From NCBI GenBank assembly GCA_963842945.1, contig CAWJIM010000004.1, positions 64,001-128,000 of the forward strand: a stretch of DNA of 64,000 nucleotides. Reading direction: 5' to 3'. Of the stretch, positions 1 through 11,489 are shown in pieces. This DNA is from an uncultured Gemmatimonadales bacterium (lineage in GTDB: Bacteria; Gemmatimonadota; Gemmatimonadetes; Gemmatimonadales; GWC2-71-9). Every line of letters starts with the position of its first letter. Positions within the stretch are counted from its first letter, which is position 1. Under the pieces are notes generated by a model. That model had not been told where the DNA came from. It saw only the letters and a program-made list of their open reading frames with translations, and made no database searches. The translations under genes and the position numbers were made by a program.

Positions 1-1666
1 GGCGGGGGCGCTGTCGGCACCACCGACCGTCTCAGGATCCAAGCTCCTGGCTACAGGACTCTGGAGCTGGTGGGTGTCCCCTTCGATTCGGTCATCCGGC
101 TCGACAGGGAAGATGCGCTTCCTCCAGAGATGGTGCGGGTGGGTGGCGGACATCTCGATTACACCTTCTTCCGGTTCGGGCGGAAGGACGTTCGGGTGGG
201 CGACTTCCTGATGGACCGGTACGAGGTGACGAACCGGGAGTTCAAGCGCTTCGTGGACGATGGCGGCTACCGCCGGAAGGAGCTGTGGGAGCACCCTTTC
301 CAGGTGAACGGAAAGACGCTCGACTGGGCAGCAGGCGGTGTCCCGGATGGTGGACCGCACCGGGCGGCCAGGTCCCTCCACCTGGGAGGCCGGCGACTAT
401 CCCGCCGGCCAGGACGACTACCCGGTGAGCGGGGTCAGCTGGTACGAGGCCGCTGCATACGCGAAATACGCCGGGAAGTCGCTGCCCTCGGTGGTACACT
501 GGAACCGCGCGGCGGGTCTCCAGCTCAGCGCGTCCGTCGTCCCCTTGAGCAACTACTCGAGCCAGGCACCCTGGCCGGTGGGCAGAGGGCGGAATCAGCC
601 CGTTCGGCACCTATGACATGGCGGGCAACGTGCGCGAGTGGTGCTACAACCAGGACGGCGGCAACCGCTTCATCCTGGGCGGCGGCTGGAACGACCTGCC
701 CTACCAGTTCACCGACACCTACACTCAGCCGATGTTCGACCGGTCGCCCGATCAACGGGATTCGCCTGGTGAAGTATCTCGGGAGCGACTCGGCCCAGGC
801 GCAAGTCCATGGAGCCGCTCCGCCGGGAGAGCCGCGATTTCATGAAGGAGCGGCCCGCGTCCGACGCGGTGTTCGCCGCCTACAAGCGGATGTACGAGTA
901 CGACAAGGGAGCGCTGGACGCCCGGATCATGGAGACGGTGGACGAGGGAGACTGGACCCGTCAGCTGATCCGGATGAACGCGGCCTACGCCAACGACACG
1001 CTGCTCACGCTACCTCTATCTGCCCAAGCGGGGGACAAAGCCATTTCCGGTGGTGGTCTTCTGGCCTGGCTCCAACGTGGTGCGTGACGCCGAGCCACGA
1101 CCTCGTCCGGCAATCATCAGCTTCATCCTGACCAGCGGGCGCGCCATAGTGCAGCCGGTATTCAAGGGAACTCTGCAGCGGAAGGATGCTCTCAGGAGCG
1201 ATGATCAGGACAGCACGATTCTCTATCGCGACCACGTCATCATGTGGGCCAAGGACCTGAGCCGAAGCCTGGATTATCTGGAGACCCGGCCCGATGTGAC
1301 CCTGGACCGCCTGGCCTTCTATGGCGTGAGCTGGGGCGGAAGGATGGGCGGGATGATTCCCGCGGTGGAGCCCCGCATCAAGGTAAACGTGCTCAACGTC
1401 GCGGGGTTGTCGTTCGAGCGAGCCAAGCCCGAAGTAGATCCAGTCAATTTCATCTCGCCGGGTCAGGATTCCCACCCTCATGCTCAGCGGCACGGTACGA
1501 CTTCTTTTTCCCCTACGAGACCAGCTCTTTCCCCATGTTCCGGCTGCTCGGCACCCCGCCCGATCAGAAGCGCTACGTGCTGGAGAACGGGAGTCATTTC
1601 GTGCCTCGCCCTCGTCTCATTCAGGAGACCCTGGCGTGGCTGGACAAGTATCAGCCGGTGAAGTAG
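1..1666 (+). CDS. FGE-sulfatase (SUMF1) domain fused to C-terminal alpha/beta hydrolase; 5'-partial, frameshifted
   Basis: Motifs MDRYEVTNREF, YPVSGVSWYEAAAYA, DMAGNVREWC and nucleophile elbow GVSWGG across ORFs 70, 338, 618, 809, 1050, 1244. Confidence 0.8.
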
Positions 1667-1677
1667 TCACGAGACAT

Positions 1678-1746
1678 GAGTCGCGAGTCGCGAGTCGCGA
1701 GTCGCGAGTCAGGAGTCAGGATCAGGAGTCACGAGTCAGGATCAGA
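1678..1746. repeat. Microsatellite (GAGTCGC)n grading into GAGTCAG/GATCAG units
   Basis: Directly visible tandem heptamers after the stop codon. Confidence 0.85.
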
Positions 1747-1836
1747 AGTGTACGGACGCCCGCTTCCGGGCGACGATTTCCGGGTAATCGGAGACCTGAC
1801 CATCCGGGGAACCACCCGCGAAGCGGAAAGGACGGA

Positions 1837-1863
1837 GTCATTGTGAGATGCCCTCGCAATGAC
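1837..1863. repeat. GTCAT-type REP-like palindrome between convergent genes
   Basis: GTCATTGTGAG-atgcc-CTCGCAATGAC. Confidence 0.65.
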
Positions 1864-1872
1864 ACCTGACTG

Positions 1873-2517
1873 TTATAGGGCGGTGGCCACACCCGTGGCC
1901 ACCAGGGCCAGGGCCCAAAGCAGATCGAGGTTCACCCACGCAGTCCTGAGGAACCGGAGCCCCACCTTCTCATAGACGATTGCCGCGATCGCTCCGGTCA
2001 CCAGCAGGTAGCCCCCGGTATGTACCACCGCGGCGGTGATCCCGCTCCACTGTATCCCCGCGCCGTCCAGCATGCCGGCCGACAGATGATGCACATGCTC
2101 GGCCGAGGGCAGATGGCCCAGCACCAGCGGCAGCACCATGAGTCCGGCTCCATGTGCCGTCGCCATCAGAAAGGACCAGGTCGCGAGCTCGCGGCTGTTC
2201 ACCTGCATTCCGCCGTAGACGATGTGGCGGGAGCGGACCAGCCGGTAAACGCCGAGGGCGACCAGCACGCCGGCCACTCCCCACTTGAGGGTTGAGGGCG
2301 GGAGCAGCGATCCGACGGCGGCGGCGGCACCGATCGTCACCAGCATCGCCACGGCGTGACCCACCGCCAGCGGGCCCAGCGCCGACCAGACCGCCTTTCG
2401 GCTGCCGCGCTGAAGCCCCAGTGCAACGGCGAAGAGCCAACCCATCGCGGGGTTGATCCCGTGACCCGCTCCAAGCGCCAGGAGGCCGGCCCAATATCCG
2501 TCAGTCAGGGAAAGCAC
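1873..2517 (-). CDS. Multi-pass membrane protein downstream of SBP56 gene
   Basis: Intact 214-aa hydrophobic ORF with HGINPAMGW and ATAHGAG motifs. Confidence 0.8.
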   Translation of the reverse strand: MLSLTDGYWAGLLALGAGHGINPAMGWLFAVALGLQRGSRKAVWSALGPLAVGHAVAMLVTIGAAAAVGSLLPPSTLKWGVAGVLVALGVYRLVRSRHIVYGGMQVNSRELATWSFLMATAHGAGLMVLPLVLGHLPSAEHVHHLSAGMLDGAGIQWSGITAAVVHTGGYLLVTGAIAAIVYEKVGLRFLRTAWVNLDLLWALALVATGVATAL

Positions 2518-2550
2518 CTTTCACCACTCGTTCCATCGTTCGTCGTCCGC

Positions 2551-3949
2551 TCAGGAGAAGCAGAACGAATCCGAGGACGCGTCCCCGCCCTGGAGCCGCA
2601 CCTGGTGGCAGCGAACGCCGCGCTCCATCTCCAGGAAGAACTTGGGGTCGAGCGCCATGCCGCCGTTGGGCTTGGTGTCCAACTTCACCATCCAGCTCTC
2701 CAGGCCCGCCGGATAGAACTGATCGTCCCAGGGTGAGTACAGGCCGTTGGTCAGGTACACTCTCCTGCCATCCCGACTCAGCTCGACCATTTGGGGGCCG
2801 CCGTTGAGCCGCTTGCCCGGATTGGCCGGGTGCGCCGCACGACGCACGATCCCACCGATCTGCGTGGTTGCGGTGAGCTTGGGATTAAACGGGTCGCTCA
2901 CGTCGTATTGTCTCAGCTCGCCGGTTCCCCAGCAGGAGACGTAGAGCTGCCGGTCGTCCAGCGAGAGGTTGATGTCGGTAATAAGTGGCGCCACCGCCTT
3001 GAAGCCCTGCAGCAGCGGCGGCAGGTCCGCGGGATCCGCCGGCTCAGCCGGGATCTCGATAACCTTTTTTATCTTCCACTGCGTCCCCACCTTCCTTATA
3101 CCACAGCCACACACTCGCCGAGAGATCCTTCAGCGAAATCACCACGCCCACGAAGCCGTACGCCTTCCGGGGGTCGCGCGCGGGACGAAGCTCCAGCGTC
3201 ATCTGATACTCGTCGCCCAGATGGATCTTCTGCTGGTGCTTGCCGTTTCGCAGGTTCCACACATGGAGTGAGTTGCCGTACTTCCCGCCCAGCAGCATTT
3301 CGGGGACGACGCCCTGGCGCACCATGTTGGGGAAGCCCCACTCGCTGGTGATGGTCGTGTCGTGACCCAGGTGCCAGGCGAAGTCGTAGCCGAAGCGCTG
3401 GGGGCCGCGATCCTTCTCCCAGATTCCCTTGGGCTCGAAGCTGTCGTGGTCCAGGATGAAGATGCCGCCGGGCCCCTCGCCGTCGGGCGCGCCGAGGGCG
3501 GAGATGTAGATCCCGTCGGGGCCGCAGTGCACCGTGTGCGGCGTGGAGTAGTTGGTCTTCTTGGCCACGGTTTCTGCCTCGATCACCTTGACCAGCTCGG
3601 GTTGCCGCGGGTTGGCCTTGGTGTCGAGGATGTGAATCCGGGACGAGTTCACCCCCGGCACCACCAGATAGCGGCGCTCGACGTGCGGGTGCGGCGCCCA
3701 GGGACAGAGACTCGCGCTGCAGGCGTTCCAGCCGAAGTGGTGCAGCTCGTCGCCGTCGTTGGGCATGTCGAACTGCCCGACCAGCCGGCCGAATGACTTG
3801 GAGCCCGGCTTCACGTCGACCACACCGATGGCGTCGGGCCGTGAGGTGCTGGGGTTGAGCATCGCGAGATAGGCGAGCTCTTCGGGCGGCGCTTCCGCCG
3901 CCTGTTTGGCGGATGGATAGAAGGTGGGGTCGGGACGTAGGCTGGGCAT
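2551..3949 (-). CDS. Selenium-binding protein SBP56 / methanethiol oxidase-like beta-propeller; one frameshift near 3080-3110
   Basis: DELHHFGWNACS, PHTVHC, GGPQMVELSRDGRRVYLTN, WDDQFYP, GGDASSD. Confidence 0.9.
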
Positions 3950-3993
3950 GGCTGCTCTCCGGATGTCTCTGAACTCAGTAATGGTCTCTATAT

Positions 3994-4023
3994 AGGACCC
4001 ATACGGATAAAGGACCCATACGG
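3994..4023 (-). promoter_or_regulatory. 13-bp perfect direct repeat upstream of SBP56
   Basis: AGGACCCATACGG at 3994-4006 and 4011-4023. Confidence 0.55.
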
Positions 4024-4097
4024 GGAAGTCGACAAAACTGCAAGGAGGGACGGAGGGTTCCTCACGTTCCCCACGCACCCCACGTAAATTCCGCCCG

Positions 4098-5347
4098 ATG
4101 ACCTCCCCAGCGCAGCCCGACCTCTCCAAGCTCCGGATCAATCGCGACGCGCCGCCGCCCAGTCTGAGCCGCGCAGTCCGGCGCAATGTGATCCTCGGTG
4201 TCGTCGCCCTGATTCTTCTGATCGGCGTATTTCTGGGTTGGCGCCGCGGGAGCGTCGTGACGGTGGAGACCGTCGTGGCCACGCCGCTCACCGCCGGTGG
4301 CTCGGGCGACAACGCCGGAAGCTCCAGCGTCACCGCCAACGGTTACGTGGTGGCGCGGACCCGGGCGTCGGTGTCGGCCAAGCTGCCGGGCCGGATTGCC
4401 GAGCTCAGGGTGAGCGAGGGATCCACCTCAAGAAGGACGAGATCATCGCCACGTCTGGAAAACGACGACTACCAGGCCCAGCTCGCCCAGGCGGAGGCGG
4501 CGCTGCTCACAGCCGGGCGGATCTGATGGAGGCGCGGGCGGCCTGGCGACAGCGGCGCAAGGAGGCCGAGCGCCTGCGGGATGATCCGGGCGCAGGAGTC
4601 CAGAGCCGTGGCCGAGCAGGAGTTCGATGCGGGGTGAGCGGGGAGAATCGGAGGCCGCGGCGCGGGTCCAGGCGGCGGAGGCGCGGATCGGGTCGGCCGG
4701 GCGGCGGCCGGAGCTTGCCCGGGCCAACCTGGAGAACACGGTCATCCGGGCGCCGTTCAGCGGCACCGTTCTCGGAAGGAAGCGGAGGTGGGCGAGGTGG
4801 TGGCGCCGTCGGTGGGAGGGGGACTGACTCGCGGCGCGGTGGTCACCATGGCCGATCTGACCACGCTCGAGGTCGAGGTGGACGTCAACGAGGCCTACAT
4901 CGCCCGGGTGACGAAGGCCCAGCCGGCCAAGATCACGCTCGATGCCTATCCCGACACCTCGTTTCGCGGGCGGGTGCGCCAGGTGGTGCCTACGGCCGAC
5001 CGGCAGCGCGCCACGGTGCAGGTCAAGGTGAGCCATCGTGGACCGGGATCCGCGGATCCTTCCGGAAATGGGTGCGCGGGTGGATTTTCTCGACACCGCG
5101 CGAGGGGCCGCCGGGGCCCCGCAGGGGCCGCTGCGGTTCCGGGTCCCCGCCGCGGCGGTGCGGGAAGTGGACGGCGAAACTGTCGTATGGCTGGTCCGGG
5201 ACGGCAGGCTCGAGTCCGCGCGCGGTGGAGGCGGGCCCGGTGAGCGGCGGATTCCGGGAGATCCGCTCCGGGCTCTCCGGCGGCGAGCTGCTGCTGACGG
5301 GCGGGGTGGATGAGCCGAAGGCGGGGATGCGGGTAAAGACGGAGTAG
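4098..5347 (+). CDS. Efflux periplasmic adaptor (MFP) subunit, frameshifted
   Basis: N-terminal TM, ANGYVVAR, IRAPFSG, LEVEVDVNEAYI, VVPTADRQRATVQVKV. Confidence 0.85.
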
Positions 5348-5397
5348 AAGATCGGCAAAGTCTAGAAACTAGACCTGGCAGATATTCACGAGAATCA

Positions 5398-6088
5398 ATG
5401 GCCCTGGTAGAAATCCGTAACGTCTACAAAGTCTTCCAGCGCGACTCCGAGAAGATCGAGATCTTCACCGGCCTCACGCTCGACATCGCCGAGGGTTCGT
5501 TCACCGCGCTGATGGGCCCATCGGGATCGGGCAAGTCCACCCTGCTCAACCTGCTCGCCGGACTGGACAAGCCCACCAGCGGCAGCATCCGGGTGGCCGG
5601 GCTCCGAGGTGAGCGCGATGACCCCCGGCCAGCTGGCCGCCTGGCGGGCGGAGAACATCGGGTTCGTCTTCCAGACCCTGAACCTGCTGCCGGTGCTCAC
5701 CGCCTATCAGAACGTGGAGCTGCCGCTGCTGCTCACCCGGCTCTCCAAGAAGGAGCGCGACGAGCGGGTCAAGCTCGCGCTCGGAGTGGTGGGCTGCAGG
5801 ACCGGCTGAAGCACTATCCCCGGCAGCTCTCCGGCGGGCAGGAGCAGCGGGTCGCGATCGCGCGGGCGATCGTGGCCGATCCGACCCTGGTCCTGCTGGA
5901 CGAGCCCACCGGACAGCTCGACGCCAAGAGCTCGCAGGACGTGCTCGGCCTGCTGGAGCGGCTCAACGACGAGTTCAAGAAGACCATCATCATCGTCACC
6001 CACGACGCGCACGCCGCCGAGCGGGCCAAGACCGTGCTGCACCTGGAGAAGGGTGCCTTGATCGAGCGGGAGGCGGTGGTCGTCGTGA
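5398..6088 (+). CDS. ABC transporter ATP-binding protein (LolD/MacB-like)
   Basis: Walker [30 protein letters not shown]. Confidence 0.9.
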
Positions 6089-7229
6089 AGTTTCTTCCTC
6101 TGGTGCTGGCCAATCTGGGCCGGCACAAGCGGCGGGTCTTTCTCACCATCAGCTAGCGTGGCGCTGGCGCTCTTCCTCTTCGCCTCGCTCCGAACCGTGG
6201 TCACCACGCTGGCCCGCGCCGCCCAGTTCGGCAGCGCCCGGCGGCTGGTGTGACCAAAACGCCACCGGCCTGGTCTTCCCCCTTCCGCTGAGCTATGCCA
6301 ACCGGCTCAAGGCCGACAAGGGGATCACGGCGGTGACCTGGGCCAACTGGTTCGGCGGCCGCTACGGCGACGGCAAGCGGTTCTTCGCCCAGTTCGCGGT
6401 GGACCCGACCTCCTATCTCGCGATGTATCCCGAGATCAGCCTGCCGGAAGATCAGAAGCAGGCATTCATCCGGGAGCGCTCCTCGGCCATCATCGGCCGC
6501 CGGCTGCTCGACGTGTTCGGCTGGAAGCTGGGACAGAACGTCACCATCCAGGGGACGATCTTTCCGGGCGACTGGACCTTCACCATCCGCGGGGTGTACA
6601 CCCCGACCGATGCCGGTGATCAACGACGACATGCTGATCTTCCATCACGAGTACCTGGAGGAGAGGATCGGCCGTCCCGGACATCGCCGGCTGGTACGTC
6701 CTGGAGATCAGCGATCCCAACAACTCCGCCGGCATGGCCAAGATGGTGGACGACCAGTTCCGAACTCCAGCGCCCCGACCAAGACCGGCACCGAGCAGGC
6801 GTTCAACGCCAGCTTTGCCACCATGTGGGGGAACGTGAGCCTGCTGATGGGTACCATCGGCATGGCGGTGGTGTTCGCCATCCTGCTGGTGACCGCCAAC
6901 GCCATGATGATGAGCGCCCGGGAGCGCACCAAGGAAGTGGCGGTGCTCAAGACCATCGGCTTCAGCGACCGGCGGCTGTTCGGAATGGTGATGCTGGAGG
7001 CGGCGATCATCACCCTGACCGGCGCGGTCATCGGCCTGGGCGGCGCCAAGCTGCTGTACAAGGCCAGCAACTTCAACGCCGCCGGCTTCCTGCCCGGCTT
7101 CGACGTCACCACCGACACGCTGCTCCTGGGTGCGGGGTCGCCCTGCTCCTGATGCTGGCCAGCGGATTGGTGCCGGCAATCCGGGCCGCCCGGCTGCCGG
7201 TGGTGCAGGCGCTGAGGACGGTCGAATGA
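6085..7229 (+). CDS. ABC permease (FtsX/MacB-PCD), frameshifted
   Basis: [30 protein letters not shown]. Confidence 0.85.
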
Positions 7230-8397
7230 AGATCCCGCTGGAGTACAACGCGCGGAGCCTGCTCCAGCGGCCGGTCTCCACCCTGCTCACCGCGCTGGGG
7301 ATCGGGCTGGTGGTCGCGGTCTTCATCGGGATGCTGGCGCTGGCCAACGGATTCCGGGCCGCGCTGATCAAGACCGGCTCGCCTCAGAACGTGATGGTGC
7401 TCCGGCGGGGCGCCGACTCCGAGCTCTCCAGCGGCCTGGACCGGCAGGCCGCGAGCATCCTGGCGTCCTCGCCTCACATCGCGACCGGGGCCGATGGCCG
7501 GCCGATGGTCAGCCCCGAGGTCTACGTCATCATTCCGCTGCCGCGGGCAGGGGGCAGCGACACCACCGGCCTGGCCAACGTGGTGGTGCGCGGCATCAGC
7601 CCCGCCGCCTGGACGGTGCGGAACAACGTCAAGATCGAGGCGGGCCGGAAACCGGAATCGGGCAAGGCCGAGATCTGCGTGGGCAAGAAGATGGCCGGCC
7701 GGTTCGACCACACCGGGCTCGGCGAGACCCTGCGCTTCGCCGGGCGCAACTGGACCGTGGTCTGCCGCTTCAGCGCCAACGGCTCGGCGTTCGAGTCGGA
7801 GATCTGGGGCGAGAACGAGCAGTTCATGCCGGTGTTCCGGGGCGACGCTTTCCAGTCGGTCAGCTTCCGGCTCAAGGATCCCGCCGCGTTCGACGAGGCC
7901 AAGCGGACGCTGGAGGGCGACCGGCGGCTCACGGTGGACGTGCACCGCGAGTCGGAGTTCTACGCCGAGCAGTCCGCAGCTGCTGGGCCGGATCCTCACC
8001 ATTCTCGCCCTCATGATCACCAGCATCATGGCGGTCGGCGCGATCTTCGGCGCGATCAACACCATGTACGCCGCGGTGGCGTCGCGGCGCCCACGAGATC
8101 GCGGTGCTGCTGACCCTCGGTTTCCATCCTCGGAGCGTGCTGGCCAGCTTTCTCGCCGAGTCGGCGTTGATCGCGGTGGTGGGCGGGGTGATCGGGGCGT
8201 TGCTGGCGCTTCCGATCAACGGGCTGGTCACCAGCACCACCAATTGGGCCAGCTTCAGCGAGATCGCATTCGGCTTCCGGGTGACGCCGGGACTGTTGCT
8301 GGCCGGGCTGATCTTCGCGGTGGTGATGGGCGTGATCGGGGGATTCTTCCCGGCCCGGCGGGCGGCTAGGCAGCCGGTGGTGCAGGCGTTGAGATAA
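7226..8397 (+). CDS. ABC permease (FtsX/MacB-PCD), frameshifted
   Basis: GSAFESEIWG, GAINTMYAAV, GGFFPARRAAR; ATG overlaps upstream stop. Confidence 0.85.
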
Positions 8398-8403
8398 GGA
8401 ACT

Positions 8404-8451
8404 CCTCACGGCTTCTTCATAGTCTCCTCAAGCTGCTTCACCGAGATTTCA
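8404..8451 (+). promoter_or_regulatory. Phased TCA direct repeats upstream of nitroreductase
   Basis: TCA at 8406, 8417, 8428, 8438, 8449; near-identical block at 9481. Confidence 0.6.
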
Positions 8452-8472
8452 GCACGGCTTCTGGAGGATTGT

Positions 8473-9473
8473 ATGTCCGTGCTGACCAAAGACGTCTGGG
8501 ATGTCTCCGAGCAGGACTTCCCGTCTACCTCACCGATCGAGACCCAGTTGGGTTTCCTGCTCCGCTATGCCATCCTGGCCCCTTCCGCCAAGAACAGTCA
8601 GCCCTGGTGTTTCGCCGTCCGGCAGAACCGGATCCATCTCCTGGCCGATATGCGGCGGCGGCAGCTGATTCAGGATCCCGGACAGCGGGAGCTGTACATC
8701 AGCCTGGGCTGCGCGCTGGAGAACCTCCTGGTGGCTGCCGAGCATTTCGGCTTCCGCCATGGCGTCAGCTACTTCCCCGAGCCGGAGAACCAGGAGCTGG
8801 TCGCGAGCGTGACCTTCGCCCGGGCGGAGTCCCTTCCCTTGCCCGGGCCGGCGCGCGGCTGAGCGCCATCGTCCAGCGGCACAACGACAACAGCGTCTTC
8901 CGTCCGGCGGTCATCCCGGAAGCCATTCGGACCCAGCTCGTGGCCTGCTGCACCGAGCCCGAGCTTCGCGTCCATCTCACCGATGACCCGCATTTCCGCC
9001 GGTGGATCGATGCGCTCACCGTCGAGGCCGATCGCACCGAATTCGCCGATCCGGCGTTTCGCCGCGAGCTGAGCTACTGGATCGGCCAGGGAGTGTTCGG
9101 GTCATCCCGGCTGATGGCGGGGCTGGAGCGATGGTCGTCTCGCACGTGGACCTGGGAGAGCCGGTGGCACGCAGGATCACGATATGCTGGAGAGCGCCTC
9201 GCTGCTGGGCTTGATCTGCGCCTCGGGCGACAGCCATCTGCTGCACGTCAGGACCGGACAGCTGTTCGAGCGGCTCTGGCTCACCGCCACCTCGGTGGGC
9301 GTCAGCCTTCATCCGATGAGCCAGACGATGCGCCACCCGGAGCTTCGGGCCGCCGTCGCGGAGCTGCTCCCTCAGCGGGCTGGGTGCCGCAGCACCTGTT
9401 CCGGGTGGGATTCTCCTCCCGAAACGATGAGCGGCACACACCCCGCCGGAGGCTGGAGGACGTGCTGGTCTAA
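8473..9473 (+). CDS. Acg-type nitroreductase family protein, frameshifted
   Basis: [42 protein letters not shown]. Confidence 0.85.
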
Positions 9474-9480
9474 GACACAA

Positions 9481-9524
9481 CTCACGGCTTCTTCATCCTC
9501 TCCTCATAGTTGCGGCGCTATCCT
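9481..9524 (+). promoter_or_regulatory. Phased TCA repeats plus -10-like TATCCT upstream of aldehyde dehydrogenase
   Basis: CTCACGGCTTCTTCATCCTCTCCTCA; TCA at 9482, 9493, 9504; TATCCT 9519-9524. Confidence 0.6.
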
Positions 9525-9553
9525 GGGGCCCAGCCCTCACAGGAGAGTTCCCT

Positions 9554-11108
9554 ATGACAACTGCAGTCAGGGAGGCAAGATTTGCCACCCTCCCCCGCAT
9601 CGCCGCCGGTTTCAAGCCGAGTATTCCAATTCGGGCCCGTTACGACAACTGGATCGGAGGCGAGTATGCGGCGCCGTTCCGGGGCCAGTACTTCGTCAAT
9701 CCCACACCGGTCACCGGGCAGCCGCTCTGTGAGGTGGCCCGCTCGACCCAGGAGGACGTCGACAGAGCGCTGGACGCGGCGCATGCGGCCGCGGATCAGC
9801 TGGAACGGCACGTCGCCCGCCTACCGGGCGAACATCCTCAACCGGATCGCCGACCGGATCGAGGCCAACATCGAGACCCTCGCATTCATCGAGACCATCG
9901 ACAACGGCAAACCGATCCGCGAGACCACCGCGGCCGACCTCCCGCTGGCGGTGGATCACTTCCGCTACTTCGCCGGCTGCATCCGGGCGCAGGAGGGCGG
10001 GCTCTCCCAACTGGACGAAGACACCGTAGCCTATCACTTCCACGAGCCGCTCGGCGTGGTCGCCCAGATCATTCCCTGGAACTTCCCGCTCCTGATGGCC
10101 ACCTGGAAGCTGGCGCCAGCGCTCGCGGCCGGAAACTGCGTGGTCCTGAAACCCGCGGAACAGACCCCGGTTTCGATCATGGCTCTGATGGAGCTGATCG
10201 CCGACATCCTGCCGAGCGGAGTGGTCAACGTGGTGCAGGGCTTCGGGGTCGAGGCGGGTAAGCCGCTGGCGTCGAGCCCGCGGGTGGCTAAGGTCGCTTT
10301 CACCGGTGAGACCACCACCGGCCGGCTGATCATGCAGTACGCCTCGGAGAACCTGATCCCGGTCACCCTGGAGCTGGGCGGCAAGTCGCCCAACATCTTC
10401 TTCGCCGACGTGATGGACGCCGACGACGACTTCTTCGACAAGGCGCTCGAAGGTTTCGCGATGTTCGCCTTCAACCAGGGCGAGGTCTGCACCTGCCCGT
10501 CGCGGGCCCTGGTGCAGGAGTCGATCTATGACCGGTTCATGGAGCGGGCGGTCGCCCGGGTGAAGCAGATCGTCGAAGGGAACCCACTCGACCCGAAGAC
10601 CATGATCGGGGCCCAGGCCAGCAACGACCAGCTGGAGAAGATCCTGAGCTACATCGAGATCGGGAAGAAGGAAGGGGCTCGGGTCCTGACCGGCGGTGCG
10701 CGCAGGGTCCACCAGGGCGAGCTGGAGGACGGCTACTACGTCCAGCCCACGATCTTCGAGGGCAACAACCGAATGCGGATCTTCCAGGAAGAGATCTTCG
10801 GGCCGGTGCTCGCGGTCACCAAGTTCAAGGACCTCGACGACGCGCTCTCGATCGCGAATGACACCTTGTATGGTCTGGGTGCCGGCGTGTGGAGCCGGAA
10901 CATCAACACCTGCTATCGCGTGGGGCGCGGCATCAAGGCGGGCCGGGTTTGGACCAACTGCTATCACGCCTACCCGGCGCACGCGGCGTTCGGAGGCTAC
11001 AAGCAGAGCGGCATCGGACGTGAGAACCACAAGATGATGCTGGAGCACTATCAGCAGACCAAGAACCTCCTGGTAAGCTACAGCCCGAAGAAGCTGGGGT
11101 TCTTTTGA
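9554..11108 (+). CDS. aldB: Aldehyde dehydrogenase (AldB/ExaC type), frameshift near 9800
   Basis: [44 protein letters not shown]. Confidence 0.92.
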
Positions 11109-11489
11109 TGGAGAGCGTGGCCCGCGTCGCCATTACCGATGCGGCCGCGGCCGTGCTGCGCAAGCTGGAGGCGCAGCACGGTGCCTTGCTGTTCCACCAG
11201 TCGGGTGGCTGCTGCGACGGGAGCTCCCCGATGTGCTTTCCCCGGGGGGAGTTTCGAGTGGGAGAGCGGGACGTGTCCTGCTGGGGAGCTGGAGGGCACG
11301 CCCTTCTATATAGGAGGGCAACAGTACGAGGTCTGGAAGCACACCCAGCTGTTGATCGACGTGGTGCCCGGCTGCGGCAGCGGCTTTTCCCTCGAGGCTC
11401 CGCTCGGCGTCAGGTTCCTCACCCGATCCCGGGTGTTCGACCTGCGAGAATTAGCCTGGCTCGCGGCGTGCGGAGCTAGCCAACCGTAG
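11108..11489 (+). CDS. DUF779 family protein
   Basis: FHQSGGCCDGSSPMC, GFSLEAP; usual partner downstream of aldB. Confidence 0.88.

Noticed and set aside
6240..6262. TGA in the first ABC permease as a recoding site
   Set aside because: Lies at an indel, not at a Cys-equivalent position, and flanking coding segments are in different frames.
9711..11048. Long antisense ORFs (also 25531-26400, 51831-52931, 58852-59895)
   Set aside because: Shadow frames of high-GC genes with no recognisable motifs.
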